From Candidatus Eiseniibacteriota bacterium (lineage in GTDB: Bacteria; Eisenbacteria; RBG-16-71-46), in assembly GCA_041483195.1 (NCBI GenBank), contig JBGPFC010000001.1, forward strand, positions 32,001-96,000: a DNA stretch of 64,000 bases. The letters are read 5' to 3'. Positions 57,685 to 64,000 of the stretch are shown here, in pieces (position 1 is the first letter of the stretch; every line of letters starts with the position of its first letter). The position numbers and the translations under genes are program-made. The notes beneath the pieces are model-generated. The model was given only the letters and a program-made list of their open reading frames with translations, was not told the DNA's origin and did not search any database.

Positions 57685-58125
57685 GGAAGACTTTACTGGA
57701 ATGAGTGGGGCAAGCGTAGCCGGGGCGGGAAGGCATGAGGCTCAGAGGTTGCGGACTCTTGGGACTCTTCGTCTGGGACGGCCCGCGATCGTCGTAGACC
57801 GACGACTGTTGCAGCGGCTGTTGCAGTTCACGCACGGAAAGCGGCCGTTGCCCGCTGGTCGCGTCTCGTTGGGTATTCTGCTTGGATGAGTGTGCCATTC
57901 CGAGGCCCGCGCGGAACGCGACATGGAATTCAGTGAAGGCGTTCTATCGCGAGGCTACATCGATAACGAGAGAGGTTGCGCGACTGCTCGCAAAGGGCGA
58001 CGGCTCGCGTGATCAAACACGGGCTCGCACATGAAGCAGGACAGCCTCACCCAGATCGGAGGGCATGTAGGTTGCAGAAGTCAACTCGTCGTTGCCTCTT
58101 CCTCAAGTAGGCGGAAGGACAATTT

Positions 58126-59454
58126 GAGCCTGTCCTGAATTCTGTGTAAGCCCCTCCCCGGTCACGCGGGCAGTCGTCCTTCGAACATGATCGAGAACTG
58201 ATTCAGGGCGAGATTCCAGCACTTCGGTTGCCGTGTCCACTTCTTCTCCATGTTGCGGATCCCGAGGTAGACCAGCTTGAGCGCGGCCTCGTCGCTGGGA
58301 AAGTGGCCGCGGGCCTTCGTCACCTTGCGTAGCGTGAAGTTCAGCGACTCGATGGCGTTGGTCGTGTAGATGATGCGGCGCACCTCGCGGCCGAACGCGA
58401 AAAACGGCCGCACGCGCTCCCAGTTCGAGCGCCACGCCTGCGCCACCATCGGGTAGCGCTCCAGCCACCGCCGCTCGAACTCGGCGAGTGCCACGAGCGC
58501 CGCTTCCTCGGTGTCGGCCGCGTACACCAGGCGCAGGTCGCCGATCAGGGCCTTGCGATTGACCCACGCCACGAAGCGCGTCGAGCTGCGGATCAGGTGG
58601 ACGATGCAGGTCTGCACCACGGTCCGCGGGAACACCGCCTCGATCGCGTCGGGGAAACCCTTGAGTCCGTCGCAGCAGATCACGAACACGTCGGCGAGGC
58701 CGCGGTTCTTGAGCTCGGTGATCACCTTGAGCCAGAACTTCGCGCCCTCGTTCGGCTCGATCCACAGTCCCAGCACTTCCTTCTTGCCCTCGAGGTTGAT
58801 CCCGAGCGCCATGTAGACGTGCTTGTTCTGCACCACACCCTGGTCGCGCACCTTCATCACCAGCGCGTCCAGGTAGATGATCGGCCACACGGCGTCGAGA
58901 GGACGTGCCTGCCACTTCGCCACCTCGTCGACCACGGCGTCCGTCACCGTCGAGATCAGGCTCGGCGAGATGTCCGTGCCGTAGATCTCCGACAGATGGG
59001 CCTGGATGTCGCGCACGCTCATGCCGCGGGCGTACATCGACAGGATCTTGTCGTCGAAGCCGGTGAAGCGCCGCTGATGCTTCTTCACCAGCTGGGGCTC
59101 GAACGAGCCGTTGCGATCGCGGGGCGTCTCGATCGCGACGTCGCCCTGATCCGTCGTGAGCGTCTTCGGCGTCGTCCCGTTGCGGGAGTTGCCGGCGGCG
59201 ACACTCCCGGGCGCCCCGGGATCGTAGCCCAGGTGCTCGGTCAACTCCGCGCCCAGCGCGCGTTCGACCAGCGCGCCCGTGAGCTGCTTCAGCAGACCCT
59301 CGGGGCCGGTGAGATCCTCGGGGCCCTGGTAGTCGGCCAGCAGCTCGTCGAGAATCTCTTTGCGAATCCTTCGCTTCATGGTGTCCCTTCCTTTCAGGGA
59401 AGAGACTACCTGCATCACGCGGTCAGGCGCTTACACAAAATCGGGTACAGGCTC
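58126..59454 (-). mobile_element. IS256-family insertion sequence (1329 bp)
   Basis: Terminal IRs GAGCCTGTCCTGAATTCTGTGTAAG and GAGCCTGTACCCGATTTTGTGTAAG (20/25); no flanking target duplication seen. Confidence 0.93.
58162..59379 (-). CDS. IS256 (mutator-type) transposase
   Basis: [40 protein letters not shown]. Confidence 0.96.
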   Translation of the reverse strand: MKRRIRKEILDELLADYQGPEDLTGPEGLLKQLTGALVERALGAELTEHLGYDPGAPGSVAAGNSRNGTTPKTLTTDQGDVAIETPRDRNGSFEPQLVKKHQRRFTGFDDKILSMYARGMSVRDIQAHLSEIYGTDISPSLISTVTDAVVDEVAKWQARPLDAVWPIIYLDALVMKVRDQGVVQNKHVYMALGINLEGKKEVLGLWIEPNEGAKFWLKVITELKNRGLADVFVICCDGLKGFPDAIEAVFPRTVVQTCIVHLIRSSTRFVAWVNRKALIGDLRLVYAADTEEAALVALAEFERRWLERYPMVAQAWRSNWERVRPFFAFGREVRRIIYTTNAIESLNFTLRKVTKARGHFPSDEAALKLVYLGIRNMEKKWTRQPKCWNLALNQFSIMFEGRLPA

Positions 59455-59527
59455 ACCGCGGGACGTGAAAGGACACCGAAACCGCAGCCGACCGTAGCCA
59501 TCCATTGTCATGGCGGGCATCAATTCG

Positions 59528-60232
59528 CTATGAGAGCTTCGGCATTTGCTCGACCGCTGCTAGAAGGCGCTCCTGGAACCACCTCAAGAGGCTACGCGCT
59601 TGCTCGCGCAGCGCTGGCCATCGGAGCACCAGTCGCAGAAACACGCCATGGGCCGTGTTGTACCAGTCGCGTGGTGTCTGCACGGATAGATTGTTGCTCA
59701 AGTAATCCAGTTCGTCCCTGACCACGCGCGTGCCCGGGCCGGAAGGATCTAGATACTTGAGAATCTCGTTCTCAAATTCCGAAAGAACAACTCGGAGGGC
59801 GCTCGTCTGGTTGACCGTAAATGGGGCCGATCACGTTGAATCCCCATCTCCAGTGGATGGTAGCGTTGGTGAAGTTTCGAAGGACTGCCATGGATCCACA
59901 GCGTTTGATTCTCGCCGGACATACCCGAGCCACTGCTGGAGACACTGGAACTGGAGTTCCCATGACCCGGGATAGTCACCGCCCTGACTCGAAAACTCAC
60001 CCGGCGTGAACAGGGCATACTCAACTCCATTCTTGTAGTCGAATAAGAAGAGAGAGTTCGTCGGCCGGTGGCACAATTGAGAGACCGTAAGAGCTTCCTC
60101 GAAAGTACTGGGCGCAAGTCTCCATTCGAAGTCCTTGGGTTCTAGACCAATCGCCTCTATGGTTCGAGCGATTGCGCTCTTCAGACTTGGCAGGATGGTC
60201 CGCGTGTTCACTGTCACTCCTTCGGATTCCAA
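59528..60232 (-). pseudogene. Hypothetical protein split by an in-frame TGA at 59831-59833
   Basis: Reading through the stop gives SAPFTVNQTSALRVVLSEFENEILKYL.., in frame with ORF 59528..59725. Confidence 0.6.
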
Positions 60233-60338
60233 GAGGCAATGGCAAGCTATTGCTCATGGACACACAGGTCAATGCCGGCCTGAGGGATTCCAACTTCCAT
60301 CTCCAAGCGCCGCCTTTGTGTGGTGAGGGAGGAAACAG

Positions 60339-61034
60339 ATGAGCGACGCGCTGAAGGTCTTGGTGCCCCTGTCCGTCGGAAGGGATAGCATGCTCGGTGT
60401 CTGGCACGTTGTCCAAGACACGCTTACGCTTGTCCGCGAGCCCGCGTCGAAGCTGGACTCGCCGCTGCTGCAGACGCTGCTCGGCGGTGCGCTGGCGATC
60501 GCGGGTGGGTTTTTTGGGAAACTCTTTGATCAGGGGCTTCAGCGTCGATCGCGTCGCAATGAACTGATTGCGATGGCGATTTTGGACTTGAGTGAGGCCG
60601 CGGTAGTCGCGCGTCGTATGGCCAATTCCCTGAGTTTGACTGGGGAATTGGCTGACGCGGCGCTGGATCACCTTACTTTTGCATCGGCTGCCATAGAGGC
60701 GCGACGATCGGACTCGGCTCTTCTACCCGACGAGGGCCTGCGTCGTGACTTAGTTGAATGGATTGGATACCTCCACGTCATTCGGACGGGAGTCGCCGAT
60801 TTCAAAGAGAGGGTGCGAGAGCTAGGCGAAGCAGTAGCTTCCGACCCTGCCTACCAGCCAGTGCGGGCGCAGCTTGCGTCCAGTTTCAATTTCATTGCGC
60901 GAGAGGGTGCGTTCCTCGTTGAGCAACTGGGAGGGGCGGTCGTGCTCCCCGCTGAGCCGAAGGAACTGCCCGCAAGTGTGGACCCGCGCGCGGAGAAGAA
61001 GATTGCATGGCGCGCGCGGCAGAAGAGGAAGTGA
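60339..61034 (+). CDS. Hypothetical protein with N-terminal TM helix
   Basis: GGAGG RBS; LLGGALAIAGGFFG followed by a helical domain; less GC-biased codons. Confidence 0.6.
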   Translation: MSDALKVLVPLSVGRDSMLGVWHVVQDTLTLVREPASKLDSPLLQTLLGGALAIAGGFFGKLFDQGLQRRSRRNELIAMAILDLSEAAVVARRMANSLSLTGELADAALDHLTFASAAIEARRSDSALLPDEGLRRDLVEWIGYLHVIRTGVADFKERVRELGEAVASDPAYQPVRAQLASSFNFIAREGAFLVEQLGGAVVLPAEPKELPASVDPRAEKKIAWRARQKRK

Positions 61035-61112
61035 GTTCGCGCCCTTGGCTCAAGACTGGGCTTCAGGATGCACAGCTCGTGTCCGCCAGTCACGCGAGTC
61101 GGCGTACCGCCT

Positions 61113-61201
61113 TCTCGCCCTGAATCAGTTCGCCATCATGAGCGACGGACGACCGCCGGTGCGACGGGACAGGGGGCTTCCACAGAAATCAGGACAGGCT
61201 C
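61113..61201 (+). mobile_element. IS256 3'-end remnant with terminal IR, inverted relative to the intact copy
   Basis: Encodes LALNQFAIMSDGR (cf. [13 protein letters not shown]); IR matches the 58126 end at 23/25. Confidence 0.88.
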
Positions 61202-61293
61202 CTGACTTACCACCCCCACCGCGAGCCCGCCCAACGCCTTATCCCCCGCTCGCCAACCTTGCTTCACCGCGGGGAACCCCCTAGATTCCCCCG

Positions 61294-63273
61294 GTGCTCG
61301 AACGCCTGCGCGGAGTGCTCCTCGGGGGTCCCAAGAATCTTCTCGATCCGCGCATCCACCACACACTCGCGCTGATCGCCTTCTTCGCGTGGGTGGGGCT
61401 CGGCTCGGACGGGCTCTCGTCGTCCAGCTACGGTCCGCAGGAGGCGTTCCTCGAGCTGGGTGGGCACCGCCACCTGGCGCTCTACCTCACGGTGGCGACG
61501 GTGCTCACCGTGTTCCTCATCTCGGCGTCCTACAGCCAGATCATCGAGCTGTTCCCGAGCGGCGGCGGCGGTTATCTGGTCGCCACCAAGCTGCTCGGCC
61601 CCACCCCCGGCATCCTCTCGGGCTGCGCGCTGGTGGTGGACTACGTGCTCACCATCGCGATCTCGGTCGCGACCGGGTGCGATGCGATCTTCTCGTTCCT
61701 CCCGCCCGAGCTGCGAGTATTGAAGCTGCCGGCCGAATTCCTGATGGTCGGCGTGCTCACCGGGCTCAACCTGCGCGGGGTCAAGGAATCGGTGCTGGTG
61801 CTCACCCCGATCTTCCTCGCCTTCATGCTGAGCCACATCTCACTGATCGCCTTCGGGCTCCTCCATCACGCCTCGGCGATCCCGCACCTGATGGGCGACA
61901 CCATCCAGGACACGCAGCTCGCGGTCCGAGACCTCGGGTTGCTGGGCGTGGTTGCGATCTTCCTCAAGGCGTTCTCGCTGGGCGGCGGCACCTTCACCGG
62001 GATCGAGGCGGTGAGCAACAGCACCGACATCCTGCGCGAGCCGCGCGCGGCGACCGGCAAGCGCACCATGCTCTACATGGCGATCTCGCTCGCGTTCACG
62101 GCCGGCGGCATCCTGCTCTGCTACCTGCTGAACGACGTGCAGTTCGAGCCGGGCAAGACGCTCAACGCCTCGCTGTGGGAGCTGCTCACGCGCGGCTGGC
62201 ATGTCGGCGGCTTCGAGGTCGGCGGGGCGGTCGTGGTCATCACGCTGCTCTCGGAGGGCGCGCTGCTGTTCGTCGCGGCGCAGACCGGATTCCTCGCGGG
62301 CCCGCGCACGCTGGCCGCCATGGGCGTCGACCAGTGGGTGCCCAAGCGGTTCGCGCATCTCTCGGAGCGGCTGGTCACGCAGAACGGCGTCATCACGATG
62401 GGCCTCGCCGCGGCGCTGGTGCTGCTCTACACGCGCGGCGCGCTCGCGATCCTGATCGTCATGTACTCGATCAACGTGTTCCTCACCTTCACGCTCACCC
62501 AGGCCGGCATGGTGCGCCACTGGTGGAACGAGCGCGCGAGCCTCGCCCACTGGCGGCGGCGGCTGATCGTGGCGGCGACCGGCACGCTGGTGACGGGCGG
62601 GATCCTGGTGGTGACCACGGCGATCAAGCTGCGCGAGGGCGGCTGGGTGACGCTGGTCGCGACCGGCGCGCTGGTGGGCTTCTGCTTCGTGGTGCGCTCG
62701 CACTACCGCCGCGTGCGCGGCATGCTCTCCTCGCTCGACGAGGTGCTCACCAACCTCCCGCTGCCGGAGCCCAAGACCATGCCCGAGCTTGCGGTGGATG
62801 GCCCCACCGCGATCGTGCTGGTGGAGTCGTACGCCGGGCTCGGAATCCACACGCTGCTCTCGATCCAGCGCATGTTCCCGCGCCACTTCAAGAACTTCGT
62901 GTTCTGCTCGGTGGGCCTGGTGGACTCCGGACAGTTCAAGGGCGTGCAGGACCTGCAGCATCTCGAGGCCAAGGTGCGCGCCGATCTCGAGAAGTACGTC
63001 CAGCTCGCGCAACGCATGGGGTTCTACGCCGAGTATCGCTACACGGTCGGCACCGATCTGATCGCCGAGCTGGAGGGCATCTGCCTCGACCTCATCAAGG
63101 AGTTCCGCCGCTCGGTGGTGTTCGCAGGGCAGCTCGTGTTCCAGCGCGAGAACCTCTTCACGCGCACGCTGCACCACGAGACCGCGTTCTCGATCCAGCG
63201 CCGGCTGCAGTTCGCGGGCGTGCAGGTCATCATCCTTCCGATCCGGGTGTGGGAGCGGCAGCGCGCGGCGTAG
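61294..63273 (+). CDS. APC-family permease, KimA/YdaO-like (possible K+ transporter)
   Basis: DGLSSSSYGP, YSQIIELFPSGGGGYLVA, TGIEAVSN, EGGW, cytoplasmic C-terminal domain. Confidence 0.88.
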   Translation: MLERLRGVLLGGPKNLLDPRIHHTLALIAFFAWVGLGSDGLSSSSYGPQEAFLELGGHRHLALYLTVATVLTVFLISASYSQIIELFPSGGGGYLVATKLLGPTPGILSGCALVVDYVLTIAISVATGCDAIFSFLPPELRVLKLPAEFLMVGVLTGLNLRGVKESVLVLTPIFLAFMLSHISLIAFGLLHHASAIPHLMGDTIQDTQLAVRDLGLLGVVAIFLKAFSLGGGTFTGIEAVSNSTDILREPRAATGKRTMLYMAISLAFTAGGILLCYLLNDVQFEPGKTLNASLWELLTRGWHVGGFEVGGAVVVITLLSEGALLFVAAQTGFLAGPRTLAAMGVDQWVPKRFAHLSERLVTQNGVITMGLAAALVLLYTRGALAILIVMYSINVFLTFTLTQAGMVRHWWNERASLAHWRRRLIVAATGTLVTGGILVVTTAIKLREGGWVTLVATGALVGFCFVVRSHYRRVRGMLSSLDEVLTNLPLPEPKTMPELAVDGPTAIVLVESYAGLGIHTLLSIQRMFPRHFKNFVFCSVGLVDSGQFKGVQDLQHLEAKVRADLEKYVQLAQRMGFYAEYRYTVGTDLIAELEGICLDLIKEFRRSVVFAGQLVFQRENLFTRTLHHETAFSIQRRLQFAGVQVIILPIRVWERQRAA

Positions 63274-63322
63274 TATGTTCGCGGCCGCCGCGCCCCGCGC
63301 GGCCTGACCGAGCGAGGATTCC

Positions 63323-64000
63323 ATGCTGACCATCGACCTCAGCGACCGCCACGCCCTGGTGATGGGCGTCGCCAACCACCGCAGCCTCTCGTGGGCGATC
63401 GCCCAGTCGCTGCATCAGGCCGGCGCAAAGCTGTGCCTCACCTACGCGGGCGAGCGGCTCCAGTCGTCGGTCGCGGAGCTGGCCGCGACGCTGCCTGGCA
63501 CGCTGGTGCTCGAGTGCGACGTGACGCGCGATGCGAGCATCGACGCGGTCGCGGCGCGGCTCGCGAGCCAGTGGGGCTCGATCGAGATGCTGGTGCACGG
63601 CATCGCCTTCGCGCGCAAGGAGGACCTCGAGGGCACGTTCGTCTCGACCCCGCGCGGGGGATTCCAGCTCGCGCTCGAGGTGAGCGCCTACTCGCTGCTC
63701 AACGTGACGAACCGCGTGCTGCCGCTGCTCGAGAAGCGGGGCGGCGCGATCGTGACGCTCACCTACCTCGCCGCCGAGCGCGCGGTGCCTTCGTACAACG
63801 TGATGGGCAGCGCCAAGGCGGTGCTCGAGCAGAGCGTGCGCCAGCTCGCGTACGAGCTGGGGCCGAAGAACATCCGCGTCAACGCGATCTCGGCGGGGCC
63901 GGTGAGCACGCTTGCCGCGCGCGGCATCCACGGCTTCACCGACATGCTGAAGAAGCACGCCGACCGCGCCGCGTTGAAGCGCAACGTGACGAAGGAGGAG
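63323..64000 (+). CDS. fabI: Enoyl-ACP reductase, 3'-truncated by the window edge
   Basis: MGVANHRSLSWAIA, YNVMGSAKAVLE, RVNAISAGPVSTLAA; missing from the ORF track because no stop lies in the window. Confidence 0.93.
   Translation, partial: MLTIDLSDRHALVMGVANHRSLSWAIAQSLHQAGAKLCLTYAGERLQSSVAELAATLPGTLVLECDVTRDASIDAVAARLASQWGSIEMLVHGIAFARKEDLEGTFVSTPRGGFQLALEVSAYSLLNVTNRVLPLLEKRGGAIVTLTYLAAERAVPSYNVMGSAKAVLEQSVRQLAYELGPKNIRVNAISAGPVSTLAARGIHGFTDMLKKHADRAALKRNVTKEE

Noticed and set aside
57679..57716. GGGGTCGGAAGACTTTACTGGAATG as a Tn3-type IR or dif-like site
   Set aside because: No partner inverted repeat, no Tn3-type TAAG end and a poor match to XerC/D consensus.
57617..57924. Small minus-strand ORFs (93 aa and 60 aa)
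   Set aside because: No RBS or recognisable motif, and they overlap the repeat-rich island boundary.
1..64000. CRISPR array, rRNA, integron integrase/attC array, retron or DGR reverse transcriptase
   Set aside because: No regularly spaced repeat-spacer array, rRNA-like stretch, or recognisable integrase or RT motif was seen. HI0933 tail differences are not adenine-specific, so a DGR TR/VR pair is unsupported.

Overview
High-GC bacterial chromosome window. Seven predicted secreted proteins end in the same FlgD-Ig/T9SS-type C-terminal domain, which suggests an FCB-superphylum lineage such as Eisenbacteria (inference). Core-looking genes include an HI0933/BaiN flavoprotein, EamA, a NUDIX-MBL fusion, BlaI/BlaR1, lat-lrp, thrH, a four-gene 2-oxoacid oxidoreductase behind a sigma54 promoter, a cobalamin riboswitch with BtuB-like and BtuG-like genes, trmO, udgB, a KimA-like APC permease and fabI. 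Three accessory regions interrupt this backbone. (1) About 2.4-18.1 kb is a co-oriented run of cargo modules, separated by two orphan copies of the last 18-19 codons plus stop of the HI0933 gene. All copies start at the same TTCAAYTTCCA junction, which looks like repeated site-specific integration into a protein-coding gene, but no integrase is visible. The cargo includes a UGA-recoded (selenocysteine) ArsM-like methyltransferase with a SECIS-like hairpin, heading an ArsR-rhodanese/DsrE/SQR-like/rhodanese/Czc-RND cluster. (2) About 33.0-34.7 kb is a small island with a winged-helix gene, a micro-ORF plus structured leader, an atypical tRNA-Pro(UGG) cloverleaf and a minimal GIY-YIG nuclease. 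(3) About 57.6-61.3 kb is an island bounded by a duplicated promoter and 5' end of the APC permease, with an intact IS256 and an inverted IS256 end remnant. Two other genes carry single in-frame stops and one carries a single frameshift. All calls come from reading the sequence; no database searches were run.
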